DNA of 64,000 nucleotides from positions 186,001 through 250,000 of the forward strand of contig NIVC01000882.1 in NCBI GenBank assembly GCA_002269645.1, given 5' to 3'. A program made the translations under genes and the position numbers. The notes beneath the pieces were generated by a model. That model saw only the letters and a list, made by a program, of their open reading frames with translations, was not told the origin of the DNA and searched no databases. Below, one piece after another: positions 1 through 27,053 of the stretch; positions within the stretch are counted from its first letter, which is position 1, and every line of letters begins with the position of its first letter. The DNA is from Macrostomum lignano. Taxonomy: Eukaryota.

Positions 1-540
1 CTCCTCTCTCAAGATCTCCTCTCTCAAGATCTCCTCTCTCGAGATCTCCTCTCTTAAGATCCCCTCTTTTGAGATCCCTTCTTTTGAGATCCCCTCTCTC
101 AAGATCTCCTCTCTCAAGATCTCCTCTCTCAAGATCTCCTCTCTCAAGATCTCCTCTCTCAAGATCTCCTCTCTCAAGATCTCCTCTCTCAAGATCTCCT
201 CTCTCGAGATCTCCTCTCTTAAGATCCCCTCTTTTGAGATCCCCTCTTTTGAGATCCCCTCTCTCAAGATCTCCTCTCTTAAGATCCCCTCTATTGAGAT
301 CCCCTCTCTCAAGATCCCCTCTCTCAAGATCCCCTCTCTCAAGATCCCCCCTCTCTCAAGACCCCCTCTCTCTCAAGACCCCCTCTCTCTCAAGATCCTC
401 TCTCTCAAGATCCTCTCTCTCAAGATCCCTCTCTCTCAAGATCCCCTCTCTCTCAAGACCCCCTCTCTCTCAAGATCCCCTCTTCTCTCAAGACCCCCTC
501 TCTCTCAAGACCCCCTCTCTCTCAAGATCCCCTCTCTCTA
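1..540. repeat. 15-nt minisatellite (CTCCTCTCTCAAGAT)n, degenerating at its 3' end
   Basis: Unit read directly; produces the SRSPL 5-aa periodicity of ORF 69..608. Confidence 0.95.
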
Positions 541-1480
541 CTATATGGATGATGCAGCATTTTGCCACCCATCCAGTGGGATTCGCCACGGGACTGGCCA
601 GCCAATGAAAAAATGCACAGTGTCTCTCCGGACCCAGCAGAGTTAGGGGCGGCAGCCGCGGCAGGCATAAGAGTGGGGTTGCAGGCTGGGGCAAAAGTCA
701 GCTAACCGGCTTTGCCAATACTTTTATAAAGAGAGCGTCTCACCTATAGGGTCCCTGCAGGACTTCAGTATCAAGGTCAGAGAGAGAAGGCCTGAAGGAA
801 ACATCATCCAAGGCCGTTGATCCTCAGCTTCGGCTGACTGCCACACAGTCAGAGAGAGAGTAAAGTGCCAGCGGGTAAGTGACTGCTATTGACAAGGCTA
901 TATATGGCCTATGCAATGCCGATGCACTAGAACGAACAAAAATAGTGACAGATGAATCATTGGAGCACTCGAACGCTTCAACAGCCTCTTTAACTGGCTG
1001 GCTCTAAAGAAGCTTTCAAGAGCATTTTTCTCTTCGGGCAGAAGAAGAGAAAAGAGAAAGTTAAGGAGAGAAAGGGTGGCGGACCCCCTTGGGCGCCCAG
1101 CTTTCAACAAATCATCCAGCAGGTTGTGGCAGCCCTTCGTCAAGTCAAGTCCCGCCAAAAAATCCCCTATACTGCCTGCCAGTCGGCTTCCCCGTCCCCT
1201 CACCAAAACTCTCGCCCGCGGATATTGGAGCTTAGCGTGAGCTCCTCTGCAGCGGCCCCTCCCACCTGCAGGCGGTGACCGGTCTAATTAAAAAAAACTT
1301 TCAGGATCCCAACTCGCTGCAGCGGGCGGGCATCGATTTCACCCCCAGGTTTGACGCCAGCAACACCTGCCAGTCTGTCAGCGTGGCGGTCTAACGGGGC
1401 GAAAAACAGTCCTGGGGATTAGGGCGCTTATTTCTTAGCACACGCGACACAAACTGACGGAGAGAGAGAGGGAGAGAAGG

Positions 1481-1566
1481 GTAAGAGGGCGGAGCCGTCA
1501 CCTGCGATTTCTAAATCCTGTTGACTCTGAAATAGAGACCGGCCGCTTTTCAATCGCCTTTTTTAG
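1481..1566 (+). other. Probable 86-nt 5'UTR intron of the protocadherin
   Basis: AAGG|GTAAGA donor at 1481; CGCCTTTTTTAG acceptor ending at 1566, 24 nt before the ATG. Confidence 0.5.
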
Positions 1567-1590
1567 GCTACTATAAACATAGACTACGGA

Positions 1591-15119
<13,529 letters not shown>

Positions 15120-15135
15120 ATGTGAGCAGTAAGTC

Positions 15136-15780
<645 letters not shown>

Positions 15781-16684
15781 TTTATCTATCTGACCTAGGT
15801 TTTGAAGCTTCAATAAGACCTGCCACATAGCAGTTGATGAGGTGAACTCGTTGAAATCCAGCATTCCCACAGTACCCCCCAGGCAGTGCATGCATTGATG
15901 GATGACTTCTATCACGCCAAAAGCTCCCCCCAATCTCGTAGATGGAAGACGAGAGCGGAGGTGTGAATTCCTTGACAAGACTCGCCCTGGCCCACCCTGC
16001 CGCCCCCTGCAGTTCAGGCGTCAGCACGGAATGAATCGCGCCCAGTATTCGCACTGCATAATAAGTGTAGAGGGTTTGAACTTGGGAGAAAATTCGAACC
16101 AGAAATTTCTAATCTGCATCCGCAGTTGCACTACTCGAGTTACTTACGAGCTACGAGTAACTATAGGGAAAGCAAACTAGCAAAGGCTAAGGCGATGCCG
16201 ACACTTCTCAGCTTTCTAGCTAGTAGCTGCATGAGTAGTCTTCGGCGGCAAGGCTATATAATCTGCTCAAATTTCTCATAGATAATCTTTGCTCCTTTGC
16301 GGCTGAAATCAATTCTTCGATCGAAGCGGTGGTTGGAGCAGCTATTAAGGTGTACTCGGCTTATATCAAGCAGATTAGCATTTCTCTACCGAGATCCCAC
16401 AAGCAACACAGTTGACGAACGCTATACTACAGATTAATCAAATTGTGTGTAGTAGATGTATTGCTACTGCATTGACTCGCGCATTGTAACGGTACAATAG
16501 CACCCCTTCCCTATTCATTGATGCAGGACCATTGGCTCTCTAGTTTGGCTGGTCCCTAGGTCTGCATGTTCTCGCTCTGAAATTTATTCCCCCCCACCCA
16601 GCTCCATCCAGTGAGCTATTGATTTCTAATTACAGAAACTTGTGAGCGTGAAAACTTGGTATAAGCGATTTTGGTTAAATAGAC

Positions 16685-16890
16685 GCTCTGCAACTGTGGG
16701 TGTAGCAGCTCTGCAACTGTGGGTGTAGCAGCTCTGCAACTGTAGGGTGTAGCAGCTCTGCAACTGTAGGTTTAGCAGCTCTGCAACTGTAGGGTGTAGC
16801 AGCTCTGCAACTGTAGGTGTAGCAGCTCTGCAACTGTAGGTGTAGCAGCTCTGCCATTGTGCAGATCTGGCAAAGCCCACAACTGTAGCT
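16685..16890. repeat. About 20-21-nt repeat (GTGTAGCAGCTCTGCAACTGTAG-like)
   Basis: Read directly, about 8 copies. Confidence 0.9.
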
Positions 16891-18629
16891 GAGGTTCAGT
16901 CACAGCCGCCTCGCTCTGTCTTATCATCTTTTTCAGACCGAGTTCCAACCAACAGCTTCAAACTGTGCCGCTGCGATCCAACCGTGCGGAGAAGCCAGCC
17001 AAACATTGCGCGAACATTGCTAATAGAGAAAAATGTGTATATATGTCTTTTAAAGAACTTACCTAATGCTCGTCGATGTTCTTGATTTTGGGGGCTTCAA
17101 CATTCAACAACGCTCAGGGGGGGGGGCAGAATCTGATTCTACAGGAATTGACAGCCTCAGTTGCTGCGTCCCCAGCACAAGTCTGCCTGTCTGTCTCTCC
17201 TGTCTCTCGCCCAAGCAGAAACAACTTGCATACGCCAAGAGATTCGGCAACATACCATCGCGTTTGACCAGTTCAGCCTTTTGCTTTTGCGTTGCCCTGA
17301 AGAAGTCAAAACTGACCGAAAAAACCCCTATTATAACAAATCCTTCACTTTACTTTGCTTCATTTTTCTAACTAGTTTTTTGTCTCCGATTTCTTCTTAA
17401 GATCAATTTTTATCGATGTGTGGATCTCGGTTCTGGGCTTGGGACAGGCGCCGTTCTACAAACTGCAGTGTGTGTATTTGTGTGTGTGTGTGTGCGGCTA
17501 CGGGAAATCAAAAGGTGGTGGTCGGAAAGTCTACGTAGAGAGAAAGGCTTCAACCTCCTCACCTTAGCCATTAAACTCCCGCTGGTTTTGCTAACTCTCA
17601 CTCTCTCCCTCTCTCTCTTTCCCCCATTTCCCTCCCTGTGTTTTCCAACCTCTTTTAGTGGGCAAATCCGAACGGCGAGAGTGCTTCATAACTGATAACG
17701 CAGTCGACATTGCGATAAAAGAAAACAAAAACCGGGCCTTCCTTTCCAGCCTCCTCGGCCCTGCATCCGAATCTCCCCCATCTCTCCACAATTCCGTATA
17801 CTGTAGTATTCGGTGTTGCTTAAAAACCCACTTTTCCAAGAAAAATCCTATAAAAAACAGTCGATCCTGTGTGGTCCCAGTGTGAAAGTTTTTGGAGGCC
17901 CGATTTCGCTCCAAATTGCTATGGTTTAAGCAAGACAGGAATGCTTTTAATTGTTTTTTAGAACTAGCTGAATTGACAATAGTGCACTCGGCTTCTGAAC
18001 CACCAGTGTGCATGTAAGATGCAAGTTCGTTTGGCTGAAGGTTGACTGACAAGTTAACCTGTTTAAATTTGATATAAAATGTACACCTGGGGTTGTCGCC
18101 ATGGATTCTAAACATTATTTTAGGAACCACAGTGTTATTAGTACTAATTTTGGCGCCGCAGGCACTCACCTACAAGGGCGCTCACCCAGGGTGTACAGCG
18201 GTCCTGACTTTCTAATCGTCAGACATGTACATCTCTGTGACTCGGGAGGTTGGCCATCAAGAACGTTTGCGTTCGGCATCTCTCCGCGAATATTTATTTG
18301 TCTGTTTAGCTAAGCCACTGCACTGCAGGTTTTGCATTTATGTACAGAAATTGATGCAGTAAGTCTACTTTAATAACGCTGATATTTTGTTCTGACTAAA
18401 TTTCAATTAGAGAAATCTTGTTTTTTCTCAGCATCACAACAGACAACTGATTTTTGTCACTCATCATCAATACTGATTAGCAATCTGTGTATTTTATGTT
18501 TTGGTAACCTTCAATAGTAGTTTAATATTTAGTATATGGATTTCATACGAAATAATAAACTGCATTCATTGTTTTGTAAAATTTCAGCTAACGTTATTAT
18601 ATTTCTGTTCGCTTCTTTTGCACTGTTAA

Positions 18630-20065
18630 CTGCCCTATCTCACCCTGTCAGTATCTCACTCTGACAGTATCTCACCCTGTCAGTATCTCACCCTGACAGT
18701 ATCTCACCCTGACAGTATCTTACCCTGTCAGTATCTCACCCTGACAGTATCTCACCCTGTCAGTATCTCACCCTGTCAGTATCTCACCCTGTCAGTATCT
18801 CACCCTGTCAGTATCTCACCCTGTCAGTATCTCACCCTGTCAGTATCTCACCCTGAAAGTATCTCACTCTGTCAGTATCTCACCCTGACAGTATCTCACC
18901 CTGTCAGTATCTCACCCTGTCAGTATCTTACCCTGACAGTATCTCACTCTGACAGTATCTCACCCTGTCAGTATCTCACCCTGTCAGTATCTCACCCTGA
19001 AAGTATCTCACTCTGTCAGTATCTCACCCTGACAGTATCTCACCCTGACAGTATCTCACCCTGTCAGTATCTTACCCTGACAGTATCTCACTCTGACAGT
19101 ATCTCACCCTGTCAGTATCTCACCCTGACAGTATCTCACCCTGACAGTATCTCACCCTGACAGTATCTCACCCTGTCAGTATCTCACCCTGTCAGTATCT
19201 CACCCTGTCAGTATCTCACCCTGAAAGTATCTCACTCTGTCAGTATCTCACCCTGACAGTATCTCACCCTGTCAGTATCTTACCCTGTCAGTATCTCACC
19301 CTGACAGTATCTCACCCTGACAGTATCTCACCCTGTCAGTATCTCACCCTGACAGTATCTCACCCTGTCAGTATCTCACCCTGTCAGTATCTCACCCTGA
19401 CAGTATCTCACCCTGTCAGTATCTCACCCTGACAGTATCTCACCCTGTCAGTAGCTCACCCTGTCAGTATCTCACCCTGACAGTATCTCACCCTGTCAGT
19501 ATCTTACCCTGTCAGTATCTCACCCTGACAGTATCTCACCCTGTCAGTATCTCACCCTGTCAGTATCTCACCCTGACAGTATCTCACCCTGTCAGTATCT
19601 CACCCTGACAGTATCTCACCCTGTCAGTATCTCACCCTGTCAGTATCTCACCCTGACAGTATCTCACCCTGTCAGTATCTCACCCTGACAGTATCTCACC
19701 CTGTCAGTATCTCACCCTGTCAGTATCTCACCCTGACAGTATCTCACCCTGACAGTATCTCACCCTGACAGTATCTCACCCTGACAGTATCTCACCCTGT
19801 CAGTATCTCACCCTGTCAGTATCTCACCCTGTCAGTATCTCACCCTGAAAGTATCTCACTCTGTCAGTATCTCACCCTGACAGTATCTCACCCTGTCAGT
19901 ATCTTACCCTGTCAGTATCTCACCCTGACAGTATCTCACCCTGACAGTATCTCACCCTGTCAGTATCTCACCCTGACAGTATCTCACCCTGTCAGTATCT
20001 CACCCTGTCAGTATCTTACCCTGACAGTATCTCACCCTGTCAGTAGCTCACCCTGTCAGTACAGT
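18630..20065. repeat. 16-nt minisatellite (CAGTATCTCACCCTG[A/T])n
   Basis: Read directly, about 90 copies. Confidence 0.97.
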
Positions 20066-20589
20066 GTATCTCACCTACACCATGAACCGAATTAATTCTA
20101 ACTGTAGGCCCATCAGCCTCAACCTTTTCCCTTCCGCAGCTTCCAGCCTTCATCTCTCCCCACCTCCGGCTCACTAATATACCTGCATTTGCGCATGTGC
20201 GCAGTTATTTGAAAATGTCAGTTTCAGAAAAAATTCGAGGTTGAACTCGATTCTACGCCGACAGAAAATTTTCTCGATTATTCGCAATTTTTCCTCGAAA
20301 AGAATGATTGAATATCAATTTAAAAGTAATTTGGATTGAAGACAAGTCTCTATTTCAATAGTATTTTCATTCTTTAACTTCGAAAGTTAAATAATTCTTT
20401 AAATAATAATTATTTGGCAGACAATATCCAGCCTTCTTGTTTGAAGAAGACATTGATGCCATGTTGGCTAATCTCCAAGACAATTTATGAAATCTTTCTC
20501 AACACGCGTGAAAGTCCTGTTTTTGTAAACAAGGTTTTAAGCGAATGCTATCCATGATGCACATTGCGATTGAGGCCTTGCTTGTGTTT

Positions 20590-21275
20590 AGGATGTTCAA
20601 TGTGATTAGGATGTTTGCTTTAGTATGCTTGTGTTTATGATGTTTGTGTTTATGATGTTTGTGTTTATGATGTTTGTGTTTATGATGTTTGTGTTTAGGA
20701 TGTTTGTGTTTATGATGTTTTTGTTTAGGATGTTTGTGTTTATGATGTTAGTGTTTAGGATGTCTGTAAGGACCACTGGACAAACCATTGGTGTCTAGAG
20801 GTAAACATACGTATGTAAGGACCACTGAAGTCACTTCGTTTCTTCTTAATTAAGTCCTTGAACGTATGTCAGTACGTCTAGAGACAAACATATCCGTATG
20901 TCAAGATGTCTAGAGACAAACATATCCGTATGTCAAGATGTCTAGAGACAAACATATCCGTATGTCAAGATGTCTAGAGACAAACGTATCCGTATGTCAA
21001 GATGTCTAGAGACAAACGCATCCGTATGTCAAGATGTCTAGAGACAAACGCATCCGTATGTCAAGATGTCTAGAGACAAACGCATCCGTATGTCAAGATG
21101 TCTAGAGACTAACATATCAGTATGTCAAGATGTCTAGAGACTAACATATCAGTATGTCAAGATGTCTAGAGACAAACGCATCCGTATGTCAAGACGCCTA
21201 GAGACTAACATATCAGTATGTCAAGATGTCTAGAGACTAACATATCAGTATGTCAAGATGTCTAGAGACAAACTT
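20590..21275. repeat. Two arrays: 15-nt (TGTTTGTGTTTATGA)n at about 20590-20765 and 32-nt (TCTAGAGACAAACATATCCGTATGTCAAGATG)n at about 20875-21275
   Basis: Read directly; no spacers between units. Confidence 0.92.
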
Positions 21276-22439
21276 ATTGTCTATTTCTATAGTTAAAGAA
21301 AATTCAAAGAGCCAGCAGCCAGCATCAGATGCGGCAGACGGTAGTTTGCAAAATCGGTGATTAAAACGATTGGAATAATACGATCTATGAAATACAAAAA
21401 CGACCGCACTTGTTTATTTTATCAGCTACCTACCGACTTGTCACTGCTGGCTGCCAAAAGATAAATTGTGACAGGTTGTAAAATAGCAAACGTTTGTCTG
21501 GTCTGCTTCGGCGCAAACTTTTCTATAGCTATAGAGCGTCTAGGCTCGGACAAGAAATGATGCAGCTAGTTGCCAAGCGTAATTGTGACAGAGTGTAGAT
21601 CGCTGAATAATGAATGCATTTGGTGTATCTCTAGCTAGCAGACCGAGTGTCAATATGGTTGCAGCAGTGTATACACAGTATCCGCGTCACTAATATTCGT
21701 ACAAGAGAGGAGAAGCAGTATATTAAATTCCTAGTTGTCCAATGGTTACACATCTTTTTGGTTGCCAGACCCCCCCCCCCTCGCGTGCTGCTGCAAATCC
21801 TCTCGGATACGGCCGTTCGGGGCACAAGATTTGCGGACTTATGCCGCGTGCGTGTGCGGCTTGGGGATTCGGGAAGGCGATGGTGATGTACAGACCATCC
21901 AGAGATCGTGATCCCTATTTGTACCAGACGGCCGATATATGCGGAACTGCATTGGGAATTCAGTGAGGTTGCGCCCGGGACCAGTGGGGGTCGAAGGAGA
22001 TGACTCCGCGGCTATTCAGATACGGGCTGAGGGGAGGTGCGGGTGTAGTGGAAGGGGGGGATGGAAATCTTGCAGAAAATCTGCAGGCTGGCATGTATAT
22101 AGGCATGCCTATTGAAAGATGGTGCGGGGGGGACGCCGCGAACACACACACTGCCAGCTGGCAAGCTAGGAATCTGAATGATGCGCTGCCGTTTTTGGCG
22201 CGTCTTTGGGCCAAGCCTATAGCCGTGGCATTTGCTCGGTTAAAGCTCGCGCTATGGCCGCTATAGGGATTATTGTCGTTTTGGAATTGATCGGCATGCT
22301 TCCGCTAGCATAGCAGCAGAGATGCGGAAGTAACGCAAACACACCTTCATATATTTATCTTTCTTATTGTTATTTAATCAACTTGATCCCTATACTTTCA
22401 TTTCTCTCTCTCTCTTCCCATCTTAGTATATTTAGCATA

Positions 22440-23035
22440 CCTTGGTGCTGGCGCCCCTTGTTGCTGGTGCTCCTTGGTGCTGGCGCCCCTTGGTGCTGGT
22501 GCTCCTTGGTGCTGGCGCCCCTTGGTGCTGGTGCTCCTTGGTGCTGGCGCCCCTTGGTGCTGGTGCTCCTTGGTGCTGGCGCCCCTTGGTGCTGGTGCTC
22601 CTTGGTGCTGGCGCCCCTTGGTGCTGGTGCTCCTTGGTGCTGGCGCCCCTTGGTGCTGGTGCTCCTTGGTGCTGGCGCCCCTTGGTGCTGGTGCTCCTTG
22701 GTGCTGGCGCCCCTTGGTGCTGGTGCTCCTTGGTGCTGGCGCCCCTTGGTGCTGGTGCTCCTTGGTGCTGGTGCTCCTTGGTGCTGGCGCCCCTTGGTGC
22801 TGGTGCTCCTTGGTGCTGGCGCCCCTTGGTGCTGGCGCCCCTTGGTGCTGGCGCCCCTTGGTGCTGGCGCCCCTTGGTGCTGGCGCCCCTTGGTGCTGGC
22901 GCCCCTTGGTGCTGGCGCCCCTTGGTGCTGGCGCCCCTTGGTGCTGGCGCCCCTTGGTGCTGGCGCCCCTTGGTGCTGGCGCCCCTTGGTGCTGGCGCCC
23001 CTTGGTGCTGGCGCCCCTTGGTGCTGGCGCCCCTT
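22440..23035. repeat. 16-nt minisatellite (CCTTGGTGCTGGCGCC / CCTTGGTGCTGGTGCT)n
   Basis: Read directly; open in several frames only because the unit lacks stops. Confidence 0.97.
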
Positions 23036-24674
23036 ATGTGTAATAACATTCGAGTAATAATACGTCGTGTAAATGGCATTTCTATATAATTTCTACATTC
23101 TATTAAAGGCTGCTTTTGATGTTAAATTTACGTGTCGAAATTATTTGGGGATAAAGCTATTCACTCTTGAGAATATCATGGAATAATTATTATTGCAATC
23201 AATTAATATGCTCCTATTAATCTGCAGTCGCGGGCAAGTTTTAAATTTTTTAATGCTGAAACACGTACCGCAGCAGCGTCGACCAAGGCTGAGGATGTAA
23301 ACATAAATCGCGCTACATCTGATGTCGGTCACGTATAGACTGCCAATCATTAATAAAAATCTTTTTAGGAGGCTAGAAATAGTGTAGCATATAATAATAT
23401 TACATGTACAGCTGTTAGTCAAGGCTATAACGACATGCCCTGAGGGTGTTTAAAATATCTTACTCTCTGGGGGCCGCAGCGTCTGCCCGTCACGGAGGAT
23501 TCTCCGACCTCCGCACGTGCAATCACTTGTTCTGCGAATGGTTAGATAATCTTTACAGGCTCATTTTTTCATTCTAAATCATTTAGCTATGGATAAATTT
23601 ATGGCATGGTGATAATTTACGGCATTTTACAAGTGTATGGTACACTGCTCTGCTGTAGTATCTTCAGCAACCTTTTACGCAATATGCTGTAGATGTACAG
23701 GTATAGGTGGTTACATGTACATGTATAGTAATATCGTAAGTAAATATTGAGGCTCAGTAAACAGCTTTCATGCGCGCACATGTACTATTACATTACACAC
23801 GTACTATAGTATACGTCTAGCTACGTACATGTACATTTATAAAGTTGTCCACCAACACGGCACCAAATTAGCCCCACCGTGAACGTTCTATACAATAAAA
23901 GTGCATGTACTTTAACATCTTGCATGTGTTGTAGCTAGCATTAACATAAAGTTCAAAGCTGCATGGGCTCGTCGTATAATTGCGTAATAAATGCTACAAA
24001 TATGTGACAATTGTAATATGCATCAATCAGCTTTTAAAACATACAGTGTACATGTACGCCGAATCAAATGTCTTCGAAGTACACTAAACCAAGCACTTCA
24101 AATCGAAAATCGACAATCCAAAAATCTATGGCAGTAGCAGTGCCCTGCAGCTTCCACTGGGAACCATAGAACTGCATGCAAGCATTTATTTGACCATAAG
24201 ACAAAGCCAATCAAGTTGAAGAACAGCTAGTTAGTCAATTAGTAAATAGCTTGTAATTCTGAGAAGTAAGAATTGCGAGAATATTTTTCATGTACACGCT
24301 TTTGAGAACAGTACGCTAGTCGCTTGTGGAGAAATAGAATTAACAGTTACGTGCATGTATTGCTAGCTGTACATATACATGTACAGTTACAGTTTTTAAG
24401 TAATAAAAATCGTTATCCTCAAATTATAACAATCGTCTCTAAAAAGATGAAAAGACTTAAAACATGCACTAGACTCAATTAAAATTAAGCATTCGAAAAT
24501 CCGTATAAAAAGTTGTAATCTTTGCATTAAAAATTGATTATTTACAATATTTGTTTCTATGAATTTTTTTAAACGCAAACTAGTCCGGCATGAGTGTACA
24601 CATGCGAGGAGAGAGACGACGATGAATAAAAGGTATAAAGTAATTTTGTCGATTTCAAAACTAAGGCGTAGGCT

Positions 24675-25781
24675 ATGGAAAATTACTGCAAACAAAATTA
24701 CTTGAAAGTAAACGCAAGCAAAACAAAGTTCATGCAGGGCAATACCAGACAAAAAAACGACACAGAAAGCATTGCTACAAAAATATACTACGACAACCAA
24801 GAAATAGAGGAAGTAAATGAATTTAAATACCTGGGAATTATTTTTGAACCAAAAAACAGCTTTAAAAAATGTATTGAACACCAAACTAAGCAGGGATATA
24901 CAGCCATGTTTTCCCTACTCCATAGGGTAAAGAATACGTCCCTAGACATCACACTCATTCGCAGACTATTTGACGCGCTTGTTACCCCCGTTATCACTTA
25001 CGGTTGTGAGCTCTGGGGCCCTCTGGCTACCATGTCTGATACAAAAGCTATTGATAATATTCAGCTGAAATTCTACAAATATCTCCTCAATCTACCAAAA
25101 TTTGCTAGCAACAGTGTGGTATCATCAGAACTTGAGCTTACTCCAATCTCTCAACGAATCGCTAAAACCTACCTCATCTACTGGCTGAAGATTAGACACA
25201 AAAAACTCTGCCAAACGACTCTAGAAATTTTCTACTCAAACACCGGCCAAAAAAATCCATGGAAAATGAATGTACTAAAGAAACTAGAAAGTATAGACCT
25301 AAAAGCACTAACTGAAGATAAACTTTCCCAAAGCTTTAATAACGAGAAATACCTAGTGAAAAAGCACCTCAAGATACACAGAGAAAGAGAACTTAGCCAA
25401 AAGCTAGAGAATCAGCAACATATTAAATTCTACAAAAACGCCTATCTCTACAAAAAAATCTGCAGGCCCGACCTTTCAGATTTCTTTCCATGTACATTTA
25501 GAAACAAAAAATTCTTAACAACCCTCCTAAAACTGAAATGCGAGATTACACCCAACTTTTTTTCTCAAGAACCATGTAAAATGTGTGGAGCGCGAAATGG
25601 TTCTGACATTCTACACTACTTGACCGAATGTCCACAAACTGAAGAGATCAGGAAAAAATACTTCTGTCAATACCTCTTAAATAGCAATCAAATACACAAG
25701 ATAGGATATGCTACAAATGAAAAAAGAGTCAGAAAAGAGCTCACTGGTGTAGCTAAAATATATGAAGTCATGAATAGCTAA
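24675..25781 (+). mobile_element. 5'-truncated non-LTR retrotransposon ORF2 (end of RT, thumb, C-terminal CCHC zinc knuckle), 368 aa
   Basis: YC..NYLKVNASKTKFM and EEVNEFKYLG are post-YADD RT motifs. LFDALVTPVITYGCELWG and LPKFASNSVVSSELELTP are typical downstream motifs; CKMC..HYLTEC is the knuckle. There is an in-frame TAG at 24669 and no YADD motif upstream. Clade not assignable by eye. Confidence 0.85.
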
Positions 25782-27053
25782 AACAGTTAAACAAACTGAA
25801 TCAGATACATCAGCAGTGTAACAAATCCGCTTTTCAGTTGTTTATTCATTTACTGTCTTTTTTAATTTCCTATATTTAAATCGTCGTTATTCGTTAAACG
25901 TAAAATTCTTTCGAAGTATTGTTTATGTTCGTTTTTCACGCTTTGAAATATCACGCGCTTTCAAAAATACTACATCTTTTTTTTTTTTTTTTACAAACTC
26001 GCTTACCAAAGTAATCTCGCAATTAAAGCTATACCTCGTAATTTGTACTCATTTTTGTATTAATATTTATACTCGTTGTCACTTTTCGTCTAAAAATACC
26101 GTAAAAATTCTGGCGCGCTTTCAAATACTTTATCTTTTACAATAACTCAGCAAATCGTCGTCAAATCGTCTTTATAAACTTCTATATTCGAAAATTCCAA
26201 ATACATAGCTCTATAATATATTGGCCAAACAGGCTAATTGCCTGAGCCAAATTCTCTTACTACTACTACTAGTCTAATTGGCATAGAGTCCATAGACCAA
26301 CCAAGGCTAGCATCTTGGGCTAGAGCCAGCCATTTAGTTAGGCCTAGGCTTATTTGACCTAAATTCGGTTCAGCCCAGTCCCCTGGCCGCCAGGCATAAT
26401 TAGGCCGGCCCTAATATTCAATATCTGTTTATACAAGGGAATCGGGATTGACAAAATATAAAAAATAAAGTTTCCTATCTAGGGTCTAGGCGGCTAGATC
26501 ATATGTATGCACTATGTCTATCTATAACCAACCAATCATAGGCCTATTTATAGTAACAACTGTTATTGTTATTATGACTATGACATTACATTAGGGATTG
26601 GGCCTACAATTATTTGCATTTGGAAAATATGAAGTTTTATTTTTTACTTGTAACTCAAAAATACTGAGTACTATTAGTGCATATTTCCCTATAATCAATC
26701 ACAGAGCTAGGTACTATTCTCAAGATCATGTTTGCACCAGAAATTTCTGGTGCATATTTGTATCAGTTCACACATTGCACTTGCACAAGTTGCACATACT
26801 TGGCAGACAAATTTTCTTGAAAGTCTTATGGTGCCCATATGCCTGGATTATGGACATTCTTTTGTTTTACAATACCTAAAGTCCAATTGGTTACTTACTT
26901 ATGTCAATTTTGTTATATAATCAATACCAAGCCAATTTTAAAATAGACAGACATGCAAAAATGTTACAATCAAAGAATGCATCATAAAACAAAAGTGAGT
27001 GGTGGAAACAAAAATGCAAAGAATAGTAAGAATTGGACATAGACATAGAAGAT

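Noticed and set aside
20875-21275. 32-33-nt repeats (also 46200-47440, 56118-56985) of CRISPR-like length
   Set aside because: Units are directly tandem without unique spacers, there are no cas genes, and the context is eukaryotic.
21280-22330. Mixed-composition region with GGTTGCCAG/CTGGCAAG possible transposon ends
   Set aside because: The inverted match is too short and there is no TSD; not supportable.
24396-24884. 162-aa antisense ORF over the LINE 5' junction
   Set aside because: It is in codon register with the RT frame, hydrophobic and AT-biased, which is a typical shadow ORF.
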